Shown: positions 46,385 through 55,440 of the stretch, piece by piece
Layout: each line of letters begins with the position of its first letter
Numbering within the stretch: the stretch's first letter is position 1
IMG/VR virus record: IMGVR_UViG_3300025141_016680
Span: 34,045 to 98,044 of that record
Length of the DNA stretch: 64,000 nucleotides
Source: a virus
Strand: one strand, 5' to 3'
Translations under genes and position numbers: made by a program
Notes under the pieces: model-generated
Told to the model about the DNA's origin: nothing
The model's database searches: none
The model's input: only the letters and a program-made list of their open reading frames with translations

Positions 46385-46790
46385 TTCAAAATCTCTCCGG
46401 AATTTTTTGGGGCGAAATAGCCTTTTCAGATTAAACCGCGGTCCCAGTTTGAGGGATTACCATGTGTCCTGGACGATGGGGAGAGTGAACAGATAAAGGT
46501 CAGTGCTATGAATGAAGAGAAAGGGTCAGCGGTAAAAAGAATCCGGAGATTTTTGTGTTGGAACCTAGCGAGCCCTCCAGGGACCCCCCCTGGGCTGAGC
46601 TTGCAGGGCCCCCTAGAGGGGGCGCCCCCTGGGGCCCTTTTGAGCCCTTTTTTGGGGCGCCCCCCATGGCCCTTTTCTGACGCTAGAGAGGGGCCCGTCT
46701 AGGCCCCTCTGTTTGGCTCCGTAACGGCGCCCCCTGTACCCCATTAGGTTTCATCCCGGGGTGTAACAGGAGCGGGGTGTCGCCACCCAG
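46385..46790. repeat. Non-coding block of A-tracts and GC-rich palindromes
   Basis: AGGGGGCGCCCCCT perfect palindrome, many GGGCCC/GGCGCC, hairpin AGAGGGGCC..GGCCCCTCT, imperfect inverted AAAATCTC..CCGGA..TTTT pair. Confidence 0.7.
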
Positions 46791-46793
46791 TGG

Positions 46794-47195
46794 CTATGAC
46801 CAGTACACCCCGATGACTGCCCCGTTGAAGGGTTCGTGGTAGACACGGTCGCTGTAACCGAGACCACGGATTCCGAGATTCACGTAGTCGTCAATCTTCA
46901 TCCACCTGTCTGTGTTGTAGACGGTGCATCCCTCCGGAGGAATCGGAATGCCGAACTCCTTGTACTCGTAGTAGAAGTCCTCAATATCTGAGGCGTTAGG
47001 AATACCGGACTCACAGTAGATCTCCAGCACCTCTCGGTCATTGACCCACTCACCCGGTCCCCTACCGGCTATGTGAATCTCTGATTTAACCGCCTTCAGC
47101 AGCGGAGCGTCTAGCTCCTTGTCTCCGCAGCCGAACTCGTGGAGGATTCCCTCTCTGTATAGCTTTCTGATTGTGTCACGTCTGATTCTTTTCAT
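46794..47195 (-). CDS. Hypothetical protein
   Basis: AGGAGG SD before MKRIRR. Confidence 0.65.
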   Translation of the reverse strand: MKRIRRDTIRKLYREGILHEFGCGDKELDAPLLKAVKSEIHIAGRGPGEWVNDREVLEIYCESGIPNASDIEDFYYEYKEFGIPIPPEGCTVYNTDRWMKIDDYVNLGIRGLGYSDRVYHEPFNGAVIGVYWS

Positions 47196-47404
47196 CTGTC
47201 TGCGCCTCCTACTGGCACTTAAGGGTGAAACGGGGGAGAACCTCAAAGTCCGTGCAGCCATCCGGTGCACACCACTTCGCGAGTGCGATAGCCGCTTCCT
47301 CACTGATGGCAGTGAAGGACCGCTGCTGGGTGCGGCCGACCCAGTCGATTGGCCGCTGCCATTGAACTACGTAACTGTATGTTTGCCTTCTCATGATGGA
47401 CTCC

Positions 47405-47638
47405 TTAGTCGCAGCTGGGGTGAGAGTTGTGGTAGGCTGCCTCATCACGGACGGCGTAGACGGAGCCCTTTCGAACTTTAAGTTTCGCGGGGCCGCTGCC
47501 GAAGTGGGCATTCGCGATCTCCTCAGCATGAGCGGCGTCACGAGCATAGACCTGATTGTACCCACCGCCTTCCCAGAGAAAGCTGAAGAGGGTGCTGCGG
47601 CCGGTGGACGGATCTTTTCTGTGTGGATTAAGGGACAT
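47405..47638 (-). CDS. Hypothetical protein
   Basis: AAGGA SD; promoter 47684. Confidence 0.6.
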   Translation of the reverse strand: MSLNPHRKDPSTGRSTLFSFLWEGGGYNQVYARDAAHAEEIANAHFGSGPAKLKVRKGSVYAVRDEAAYHNSHPSCD

Positions 47639-47691
47639 CTGTTTATCCTTTTTCGGGGGATTGATTTGGTTGATTACCTCTCTATTATATC

Positions 47692-47895
47692 CTAACTGTC
47701 ATCGATCTGCACGACACTGTATCCCTCCTGACACCATCTCTTTGCCGTCGCTCTTGCGCATGCACGGCTGCAGTAGGGAGAGGGCGAGGGAGCGTCCTGA
47801 CTCACCCCGTTCACCTCGTATGTCCATCCCTCCGGCTCGAGCAGGAGCCAGAGGCCCTTAGCGGGCCTCTGACAGCACTCACACCTGTCCGTCAT
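47692..47895 (-). CDS. Small Cys-rich (Zn-finger-like) protein
   Basis: CECC...YCSRAC. Confidence 0.55.
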   Translation of the reverse strand: MTDRCECCQRPAKGLWLLLEPEGWTYEVNGVSQDAPSPSPYCSRACARATAKRWCQEGYSVVQIDDS

Positions 47896-48276
47896 CTAGG
47901 CCGCTGCCACTCTGACGACGGGAAGTTGCTTCGCGACGGGCCACAGCGCCTTGCACTTCATGGCGATAGCGATCCGTGCACCGCGGGTCATGTAGAGGCC
48001 GCGGCTGGGACGGTGACCAGCCTGCTTCCGCTCATCATCGAGACCGTGACCCACCTGCTTCGGCAGCCGAGGAAGGTTTCCGTTCCAGTTGACCTTGAAG
48101 CGTTCGGGGTACCGCATGTCCAGGTTGTTGGTGGCGACGAAGGCCAGCCGCTTCCCATCAGGGTCGGTGCAGAATCCGCTGACGACCACAGTGCTAAGAC
48201 CGGACTTCGGATGCGCCTGAAGTGCCTCTGAGGAGGTGATTTCGAAGGTGTAGGATGAGTCTGCTGTTCTGGCCAC
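47896..48276 (-). CDS. Hypothetical protein sharing the TRGxRIAIA motif with 53130..53525
   Basis: AAGGAGG SD, GTG start; MTRGARIAIA. Confidence 0.65.
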   Translation of the reverse strand: MARTADSSYTFEITSSEALQAHPKSGLSTVVVSGFCTDPDGKRLAFVATNNLDMRYPERFKVNWNGNLPRLPKQVGHGLDDERKQAGHRPSRGLYMTRGARIAIAMKCKALWPVAKQLPVVRVAAA

Positions 48277-48333
48277 GGTGGCCTCCTTTCTTTTTCGTTT
48301 TTGGTGGGGAACCATTCCCCTTCCGTGTAATCA

Positions 48334-48600
48334 TTATACCAGGCATCGACCACGATTGCACGTGACTGGTGTCGTGCTGACGACCTCGAGCAGTGATGCC
48401 GAACAGCTCTGAACGTCGTAGAGGTCACTGTCCTGGGTGTCACCAAGCTGAACCCACATGAAGACAGGGTAGGTCCGGTCGCCCTCGGGCAGCGTGCCTA
48501 GCTCAACTCCGCAGGGAAGCGTGCCCAGGTCTGTTCGAAAGCCGAGCACCACTGCGTACCACTCCCGCCCTCGACGTTTCACGAGATCACCGACATTCAT
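48334..48600 (-). CDS. MKVGDLV-family SH3/KOW-like protein
   Basis: MNVGDLVKRRG...LLEVVS. Confidence 0.65.
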   Translation of the reverse strand: MNVGDLVKRRGREWYAVVLGFRTDLGTLPCGVELGTLPEGDRTYPVFMWVQLGDTQDSDLYDVQSCSASLLEVVSTTPVTCNRGRCLV

Positions 48601-48630
48601 ATCCTCTCCTTTGCCGCCGAAGCGGGCCTC

Positions 48631-48924
48631 CTAGTGGAGGCCGATGCTTTCGATACGGGTTGAGTCGTAGCCGTAGTCACGCATAATGAACTTCCGAGCC
48701 TGGTCCTCAGAGGCTGCAGCCACCAGAACGCGACGGAAGAACTTCTCTCCATCATCACGGCCGTTGAGGCTGTAATCCCTGAAGACCCACCAGCTGACGA
48801 TGACGTCGTAGACCTTCAGGTCATCAGGGCATCCGTTCTTCTGGATGTGCCGAACGGGGTAGCCAAATCGACAGGAAACCCACGGACGGTCTTGGGGGTG
48901 AACTAGGTTTATTGAAAGGGACAT
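48631..48924 (-). CDS. Hypothetical protein
   Basis: AAGGAG SD; promoter 48949. Confidence 0.65.
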   Translation of the reverse strand: MSLSINLVHPQDRPWVSCRFGYPVRHIQKNGCPDDLKVYDVIVSWWVFRDYSLNGRDDGEKFFRRVLVAAASEDQARKFIMRDYGYDSTRIESIGLH

Positions 48925-48978
48925 GTTTTCTCCTTGGTTGGTATGAATATCATACCACAGCCATCGACCATCTGCACG

Positions 48979-49311
48979 TCACCCTGCGTTGAATGATGCC
49001 AGGATCACACCCCCACTCACGATCCGCAAGGCACCGTCTGCGGCCTCACCGAGCCAGACGACGTCGAGAGATTCGAGGTCCCCAGTCCAGCTGTGGTAAT
49101 ACGACGCTTCATCGTCAACATCACCGTTGGGAAACACCGGGTGCCAGCGGCTGTCTGACTCCACCCAGACCATGCGCTCCTCACCACGCGGGTGAAGACG
49201 TCGAGCCTCACCGGCTGTCGCTGCGACGCACACGAAGGAGTCGAACTCATCATAGCCGATGTTCTCTTCCGACGGTCGGCTCACTCTCCAAAGACATCGA
49301 ATCACAGACAT
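48979..49311 (-). CDS. Hypothetical phage protein
   Basis: YDEFDSFVCVA...ARRLHP...VILASFNAG, a pattern I recognise from small phage ORFs. Confidence 0.7.
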   Translation of the reverse strand: MSVIRCLWRVSRPSEENIGYDEFDSFVCVAATAGEARRLHPRGEERMVWVESDSRWHPVFPNGDVDDEASYYHSWTGDLESLDVVWLGEAADGALRIVSGGVILASFNAG

Positions 49312-49697
49312 ACGTTTTTATCCTCGCTTGTAAGAGTAGACAACAGAATCCACGCTGTAGGGAATGTCCTTCTGAATGAGCTCGTCAATAATCTCATCAG
49401 CCTCATAATAGTCATACGCATATCGTGTCCTCTTCACACCATACTCCGACCATCTAATCATTTTCGGATACTCACATTCACCACAGTTGCAATCAAATTC
49501 GGGTTCCATCATATCTCCTTGATGTCCCAATCATACCACGGTCACTCCGGATCTGCACGCACTCAGTATCCTGGATCTACCGATGGGAGGCCATGCGGCC
49601 GTTCTTGAGGACCTTCACCCACCGGCCACAGTGGCCACACGAGTTATGGGTGAACCCGAGTTTCAGAAGGTGCAAGGCGACTGGGCACCCGCTTCCC

Positions 49698-50111
49698 TTA
49701 CACTTGTTGTTGTCGATGGTCATGTTCTCTCCTGTTGTTATCATATGATAACCTTTCGGGAGAGGCGTCCTCGCCTCCCTCAATCCAACCCTCATGGGCG
49801 GCTCGAAATTCAACGACTGACGGCGGACCAAGATCCGAGACCATCGACAAAAACTCTGCCTGAAAGTCTTCACAACCAAGTGAGGTCATAAAGTAACCCC
49901 CAGGCCAACCAATAAAGATGCGATCTTCTGACATTCTATTCTCTCCCGGAGACTCTTCTATCTCAAATGCGGCCTCACGTCCTTCAGCCTCATCGATCTG
50001 AGCTTTAAGCTCCTGACGAGTTAGACGGCTCTCAGCCTGATGTTTGTGAGGTTTACACATGAGACATCCTGAGCGTGTGCTTTTCGGTCCGCGACGTTTG
50101 TGATTTGCCAT
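49698..50111 (-). CDS. Hypothetical protein with an N-terminal basic CxxC segment
   Basis: MANHKRRGPKSTRSGCLMCKPHK; promoter 50132. Confidence 0.55.
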   Translation of the reverse strand: MANHKRRGPKSTRSGCLMCKPHKHQAESRLTRQELKAQIDEAEGREAAFEIEESPGENRMSEDRIFIGWPGGYFMTSLGCEDFQAEFLSMVSDLGPPSVVEFRAAHEGWIEGGEDASPERLSYDNNRREHDHRQQQV

Positions 50112-50154
50112 GTTGATTCCTCGGTATAGCTATCATACCACAATTGCGCTCGAC

Positions 50155-50421
50155 TTACTCGTTTACCTCTGCGTCAATCCCACCATACTGCCAGAAATCC
50201 CTTGCTCTGTCCAAAGATTCTCTCTGCCTTTTGTGCGCTGCCACAGCCTCTGGCCGGGTCACCCACAGGATGGGTACGTCATCGAAGCCATCATTCTCAT
50301 CGTCGAGGCGCACGACCTCCCAACCCTCTCGAGCTGCTACAATGTGGGCCTGAGCGAGGAATACTCCTTCAAGCAAAAATAGACCAAAATCATTGTCAAC
50401 GACGTCAACTATCTGCGCCAT
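50155..50421 (-). CDS. Hypothetical protein
   Basis: AAGGGG SD; promoter 50447. Confidence 0.6.
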   Translation of the reverse strand: MAQIVDVVDNDFGLFLLEGVFLAQAHIVAAREGWEVVRLDDENDGFDDVPILWVTRPEAVAAHKRQRESLDRARDFWQYGGIDAEVNE

Positions 50422-50477
50422 GTTATTCCCCTTGTTAGGTGATACCATTATACCACAAGGCGCCAGCGCCTGCACGA

Positions 50478-50741
50478 TCACTTGTAGATGGTGTCGCCAT
50501 CCCACGGTGTGTTCTCGATGACAACCTGATCCCGATCGAGCGGGAGCTCGACGAATCGATCGGGAATCTCGTTGTTCCGACGAAAGTCCTCTACAAACAG
50601 CCCGATGTCATCACCTGAGAGCCATCGAATAAGCTCGTTCAGAACTGCCTCATCGGCTTTATAGACGCCGCCCAACTTGTCCTCAAGCTCAGCTAGCAAT
50701 CTCCAGATTGGTTCCGCAAATTCTCCTTCTGCCATTCTCAC
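50478..50741 (-). CDS. Hypothetical acidic protein
   Basis: AGGAG SD. Confidence 0.6.
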   Translation of the reverse strand: MRMAEGEFAEPIWRLLAELEDKLGGVYKADEAVLNELIRWLSGDDIGLFVEDFRRNNEIPDRFVELPLDRDQVVIENTPWDGDTIYK

Positions 50742-50899
50742 CTTCTCCTATGTGTGTGGGTGAATGTCAACTACTGTGTCGCCGATCGCTGCTGCGAGGG
50801 CGAGTGTCCATAGCGCTCCAACAGCGCCAAGTCCTATCGCGATCATGATAACCTCCTATTCCGAAGCAGGAATCCTACAGTGTTTATTGGAAGTGTATA

Positions 50900-51379
50900 C
50901 TACAAGATTGTCATTAACAGCTCATGTCGTCGTGGGTGTCTGATCCCATCTCCTTTTGGCCTGGTGGCAACCGATTCTGGCAGGGTCTCCACTGTAACAC
51001 CAAAGCGCCTGCTGAGGACTCGTTCTTCCCTCGGGGTGAGGCAACAGATGACCTCACGCTTTACGAGGGGAAGAGTTGATTCCTCCTCCACTGTGCCTGC
51101 GATCAGGTCCACCCGTCGAGTGCTGGAGTCTCCCACAGTCTCGTCGAGGGCAACATTCCTCTCCGCTCGATGAGCTGCCCGCGAGATCCGCTGGCGAATC
51201 CACCAGGTCGCATAGGTTGAGAACTTAGTGCCCCGGCTGGTATCAAACCTCTCTGCTGCCTTCAGCAGACCAAGATTCCCCTCCTGAACGAGATCGTCAT
51301 AGGCGATTCCGGACCATGTGTATCTGCGCGCTTGCCAGTGTACGAGTCCTTGATTTTCCGCAACAAGCTGGGTGCTCAA
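50900..51379 (-). CDS. Minimal sigma-70-family factor (region 2 intact, no region 4.2 HTH)
   Basis: NQGLV, DLVQEGNLGLLKAAERFD..RGTKFSTYATWWIRQRI; LTPREERVL..RFG, then diverges. Confidence 0.85.
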   Translation of the reverse strand: MSTQLVAENQGLVHWQARRYTWSGIAYDDLVQEGNLGLLKAAERFDTSRGTKFSTYATWWIRQRISRAAHRAERNVALDETVGDSSTRRVDLIAGTVEEESTLPLVKREVICCLTPREERVLSRRFGVTVETLPESVATRPKGDGIRHPRRHELLMTIL

Positions 51380-51475
51380 TTTGAATCCTTTGAGTGGGTG
51401 AACATTCCTTGTTAACCCTTTCAGTATACCATTTTTAGAATGGGGGCCGTAACGACAGAGTTGTAAAAAAGGTGT

Positions 51476-51820
51476 TTATCGAGACTCTAACAACTTGGCT
51501 GCTGCGATGTGACCGAGCTCCCAAAGGATGAGGGCACCGACACGATCCGCAGTGACCTCGTCCTCAGTTCTCTCCCTGATGTGTGCTAGCTCGTGTGCCA
51601 TCACAGCAAGAATGTGGTCAGCTGTGAACTCATCATCGTGAAGCATGCGGGCATCAAGGACCATCGCGGGCTTCACCCATTCTTCACCCTCACCCCAGAC
51701 AGCGAAGCCTAGTGTCTTGTCAGTCACCAGCTTGATCGCTATCTCCTCATCCGGATCCTCATCCGGATCGACCAGAATCATGAGGACTGTCTCATCTAGT
51801 GGGCACCATGCGTGGTCCAT
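51476..51820 (-). CDS. Small HExxH zincin-like protein
   Basis: AVMAHELAHI...EVTADRVG. Confidence 0.7.
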   Translation of the reverse strand: MDHAWCPLDETVLMILVDPDEDPDEEIAIKLVTDKTLGFAVWGEGEEWVKPAMVLDARMLHDDEFTADHILAVMAHELAHIRERTEDEVTADRVGALILWELGHIAAAKLLESR

Positions 51821-51899
51821 GTTGGCTCCTTATGCCCCCATCATACCATACAGCTGATCCTGTTACACGGGAGGCATTGACTACCACCCACCCCAGGAA

Positions 51900-52115
51900 T
51901 CAATACCAATCATCGAAGGGATCGCTGCCCATGAACGCCTCAGGATAACGACTCATAGTCTGATTCGCCCGCCGCAGGCGTTTATCAAAACACTCATCAC
52001 AACGGTTGAAGGTCTTGAAATCACGCCGATCAGGGGTAGTCGTCGGTCTGACCCCAGGGCCGGTACAGTTGCAATCAATGCAGGTTAGATAGTTCTTGTT
52101 TTCAGACAATGTCAT
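51900..52115 (-). CDS. Small Zn-finger-like protein
   Basis: CIDC...CDEC; AAGGAG SD; promoter 52137. Confidence 0.6.
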   Translation of the reverse strand: MTLSENKNYLTCIDCNCTGPGVRPTTTPDRRDFKTFNRCDECFDKRLRRANQTMSRYPEAFMGSDPFDDWY

Positions 52116-52170
52116 CTCCTTGTTGTTGACATTCTTATTCTATCATAGATAACTGAAGATAACACGTGTC

Positions 52171-52413
52171 TTAGGCATTCACCCCGTCGATGTCCTCGAC
52201 CATCGCACCGGCCATGAGAAAGGACTGATTGATCTGACTCCTCTCCTGAAGAGAGGCTTTTAGAGATTCCCATCGATCAGTGCCTCGATCCTCTTCAAAC
52301 TGCTCTGCCAGAAACTCATCGCGAGCCACCATCAGATTGACGAGTCTATAGAGTAGCATCTTGGCTGCGAATTGTTGTGTGCGTTTCTCAGTTTCTTCGA
52401 AGGGTGTTGACAT
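52171..52413 (-). CDS. Hypothetical protein
   Basis: AAGGAG SD; promoter 52433. Confidence 0.6.
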   Translation of the reverse strand: MSTPFEETEKRTQQFAAKMLLYRLVNLMVARDEFLAEQFEEDRGTDRWESLKASLQERSQINQSFLMAGAMVEDIDGVNA

Positions 52414-52464
52414 GTTTTCTCCTTGTAGGCTTATTCTACCATGTCTTCTAGCTATCTGCACGCG

Positions 52465-52686
52465 CTAGAAGTGTGTGCCGTGCACCTGATTGTAGGCTGC
52501 CATCAGGTCCTCAAGCGGGATGTCCTCCGCCTCACCGTCCTCAACAGCCTTGAAGTCCGAGCACGCCTCCAGCTCTTGTTGTGCTTTGTCACTGACGAAC
52601 GCTATGAAGCATCCATCTACCCCATCGAATGTTGATGCGTCGCTGAGGACCATGTAGGGTCCGTTGGGATATTTTGAACTAGACAT
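52465..52686 (-). CDS. Hypothetical acidic protein, paralog of 55441..55758
   Basis: MVLSDASTFDGVDGCFI vs VILGDGKTWSTIKGCKI; IPLEDLM vs IDISDLM. Confidence 0.65.
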   Translation of the reverse strand: MSSSKYPNGPYMVLSDASTFDGVDGCFIAFVSDKAQQELEACSDFKAVEDGEAEDIPLEDLMAAYNQVHGTHF

Positions 52687-52725
52687 TGTTATCTCCTTAT
52701 GCCCCTATCATACCATGTTTTCTAG

Positions 52726-52911
52726 CTATCTGCACGTGCTAGGTCGTCGAATTTCTGATCTGTGTCGAGGGCCGGCGAGATATTGTCCATCAGCGGGTCT
52801 GACAAGGATGAAGGAGTCACTTTGCATTGTATTCTCCACAACGACGTAACCACCTTGCCATGTTCCAAAGTTTAAAACTTCTATCTGATCGCCTCTAAGA
52901 AAGATTTCCAT
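52726..52911 (-). CDS. Small SH3-like hypothetical protein
   Basis: RGDQIEV..W; GGAGG SD; promoter 52931. Confidence 0.55.
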   Translation of the reverse strand: MEIFLRGDQIEVLNFGTWQGGYVVVENTMQSDSFILVRPADGQYLAGPRHRSEIRRPSTCR

Positions 52912-52971
52912 CCTTCCTCCTTATACCCATATCATACCACACAGATAAGTGTATTGCATGCGATCGGAATA

Positions 52972-53100
52972 GAGAGGAGGGAGTGGCCCCAACCACTCCC
53001 TTCCAGTTAGCCTGGCATCTTGGGGGACACCAGTCCTTCCGCTGTGTGGTCTTGTCCTATTCAGTCGGGGAATCGAACCCCTTCAACCACGCTGCCTCTT
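52972..53100 (-). ncRNA. Candidate structured RNA with a T-loop hairpin
   Basis: GGGG-TTCGATT-CCCC inside a GTGGTT/GACCAC stem, followed by two further hairpins; intergenic. Confidence 0.4.
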
Positions 53101-53129
53101 TTCTTCCTTGTTAATTCTGAGCGCTCACC

Positions 53130-53525
53130 CTATGCAGCGAGCTTGTTAACCAGATCTGACTTTGTTACGCCCTTTGCGTAGTATCCAGAGATTCCGCGTT
53201 CCTTGCACAGCTCTCGAAGCTCCGGAACCGAACGAGCTGTCAGCTCCTCACGGGCCAGCTGGGTGCTTGCGGATTCCTCAAGAGCCACTCGCTTCTGCTT
53301 GAGCACTCGGGCAATTGCGATTCGATCACCACGAGTGAAGCTGGACTTGTCGAGCCGGAGCTTTTTCAGACCACCTTCCTCATCCCGTTCAATAACCTTG
53401 AAGATGGCCTCACCACGGTAATTGATGGACGCTGCCGAAAACGGCCTATCGTCCACACTACCAGTCGCAGCGAATGTTCCATCTGGGAGCTGTTTGAATT
53501 GATTGATCGTAATGTTTCTTGCCAT
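53130..53525 (-). CDS. Protein with the TRGxRIAIA motif and a C-terminal Rho-N/HeH-like domain
   Basis: FTRGDRIAIA; LTARSVPELRELCKERGISG...KSDLVNKL. Confidence 0.75.
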   Translation of the reverse strand: MARNITINQFKQLPDGTFAATGSVDDRPFSAASINYRGEAIFKVIERDEEGGLKKLRLDKSSFTRGDRIAIARVLKQKRVALEESASTQLAREELTARSVPELRELCKERGISGYYAKGVTKSDLVNKLAA

Positions 53526-53591
53526 GATCAGCCTCCTTGGCCGGTTGTTTACCTGCTAATAATACCACAGGCAACTGGTTGTTGCATGTGT

Positions 53592-53996
53592 CTATTCGAC
53601 TTTCTCAAGAAGCTTACGCTTAACGTAGGTCTCCTCACCAGTCTTGGTACACAGAAGCTTGGTCATCCCGGGTGCTGGATTCACCCAGCCAAGACTAACC
53701 CGGGCTCTCGCTCTGAGCACAATATAGGTTCTCTCTCTATAGAGGGGAATCGTTACTGAACGTGGTGCCAGCTTAGGTTCGCCAGCACTGTCATGCCATT
53801 CAGTTCGCCCAGTAGCTACATCCTCACGATGCTTTCGATACCATTCGTCCTGCTCTTCCTGTGTCGTCGGTCGGTAGGACTCGACGATCCCATCACGGGC
53901 TAGTTTGTAAGATGAAATAGGAAAGCGTAGCCCACCACCGAACTCCTCTGTGAAGCACACCTCAATATTGAGCCTGACTAGATCACCCTTCCTCAT
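53592..53996 (-). CDS. MKVGDLV-family protein with a large insertion
   Basis: MRKGDLVRL...KRKLLEKV. Confidence 0.65.
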   Translation of the reverse strand: MRKGDLVRLNIEVCFTEEFGGGLRFPISSYKLARDGIVESYRPTTQEEQDEWYRKHREDVATGRTEWHDSAGEPKLAPRSVTIPLYRERTYIVLRARARVSLGWVNPAPGMTKLLCTKTGEETYVKRKLLEKVE

Positions 53997-54095
53997 TTTA
54001 GGCTCCTGTGATGTAGAGTATTATCTCTGAGAGAACCCACACAATGGGAACGGTCAGAAAAAGAACAGTCACGCCGTAAAAAGTATCATCGCTCA

Positions 54096-54317
54096 TCACG
54101 CCTCCGGGAGCTCGCTCTGACTCATTAGGAAAGTGAGGTCTGCCAGAACTGCGCTAGCCTGCTTGCTAACATCAGCGTGGGACACCACCTCATTAGGCCA
54201 GGCACTCGACACACGCATGAAATCAAGATAGCTGACATACTCCTGGATCACCTCATTAAGTGCCATAGAGCGAGCAAGATTTTCAGAGAAGCGGCTACCG
54301 GTAAGTGACTGAATCAT
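54096..54317 (-). CDS. Hypothetical protein
   Basis: AGGA SD. Confidence 0.5.
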   Translation of the reverse strand: MIQSLTGSRFSENLARSMALNEVIQEYVSYLDFMRVSSAWPNEVVSHADVSKQASAVLADLTFLMSQSELPEA

Positions 54318-54570
54318 TTTTATCCTGTAAAGATATTACCCTAAGGGTTACAATTGTATTAGCTAGGAACCTTAACGCTTCCTCTACATGCCTTTTTCGA
54401 TTGGGACTTCTTCCTATCCCCATGCGATCCGGCACCCGATCTTTGAAATGCGTGAACTGCCAGCCAGTTTCGAGCCTGGAGTTTTCGGCGGTCCTGAGCA
54501 TTGCTACTAAACTTTTTCTTAGCCATGATTGTTTCCTTGATGTCCCCATTATACCAAGGTAATCATGATT

Positions 54571-54798
54571 CTACACGAGATCGTTTACAACAGTACTCTT
54601 CACATGATCGCCTTTCACTAGGGCGACGATCTTGATGAATGTGTTACACGATGCGGTGGTGGGATCTGTCAGCAGGCGCTCGCTGGCCAAGGCCATTGCA
54701 GCTGAACCGTCCATTGGTCCGTGGAGCTGGTGAACATTTGTCTCCACCACACCTCCATTTGAGAACTTGCGTCTCTGTGTGATTACAGTCCAGATCAT
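54571..54798 (-). CDS. Hypothetical protein
   Basis: AAGGAG SD. Confidence 0.6.
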   Translation of the reverse strand: MIWTVITQRRKFSNGGVVETNVHQLHGPMDGSAAMALASERLLTDPTTASCNTFIKIVALVKGDHVKSTVVNDLV

Positions 54799-54810
54799 GA
54801 TTTGCTCCTT

Positions 54811-55095
54811 CTAACAAACGGGAGGGTTGAAGGTCTGGCTACAGTGAACATCGCTAGCTTTGCTATAGTCAGTAAGGTCCTCAACAACAGTGCTGATAGT
54901 TCCCGACTGCGTCCATTCATCCTCCCACATAAGTCCACGGGTGATAAGTGTGATGGTGCGCTCGTCAGTTCCATGTGGAACTTCAAAGTCGATGATGTAG
55001 ACAATCGGATTCTCCGCCTTCCATTCACTGACGAGGTCTTCTACTGACCCGTCAAAGTCATCAAGTGGAGCAACAAAGACTGAGTATCTCTTCAT
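54811..55095 (-). CDS. Hypothetical acidic protein
   Basis: GGAGG SD before MKRYS. Confidence 0.6.
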   Translation of the reverse strand: MKRYSVFVAPLDDFDGSVEDLVSEWKAENPIVYIIDFEVPHGTDERTITLITRGLMWEDEWTQSGTISTVVEDLTDYSKASDVHCSQTFNPPVC

Positions 55096-55097
55096 TA

Positions 55098-55385
55098 TTA
55101 CACCTCCTGCAGCATGTTGAGAGGAACGGTCCACAGTGTATTCTGAACCTGGACCTGAGCACGTGTCCGCTTGATTGCGTGGATAGTTCCTTCTTTATAG
55201 GAACGTTTACCGTTTGCTGAAGGGTCACCGAATGAAACTCGATCACCTTTCCGAAACAGATTTCGTGCAGCACGATTCTGTTGGCGCCGCTTATGCTTCA
55301 GCTCGTGCACAAGTGCGTCATTCAACCGAACGAGATCCGCCACATCGAGCGAACCAAGACCGCTTACCATATTATCAAGGGACAT
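55098..55385 (-). CDS. Protein with a C-terminal SH3/KOW-like domain
   Basis: FRKGDRVSF...GTIHAIKRTRAQV...WTVPLNML; promoter 55409. Confidence 0.7.
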   Translation of the reverse strand: MSLDNMVSGLGSLDVADLVRLNDALVHELKHKRRQQNRAARNLFRKGDRVSFGDPSANGKRSYKEGTIHAIKRTRAQVQVQNTLWTVPLNMLQEV

Positions 55386-55440
55386 AACAACTCCTTTATT
55401 GTACTACTATCATACCACAGCTGTGGATAGATTGCACGCG

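Noticed and set aside
50900-51010. Frameshift hiding sigma region 4.2
   Set aside because: I translated both alternative frames after RFG; neither gives an HTH-like sequence.
53040-53100. tRNA gene suggested by GGTTCGATTCC
   Set aside because: No acceptor stem, D-arm or anticodon arm could be built; kept only as a structured-RNA candidate.
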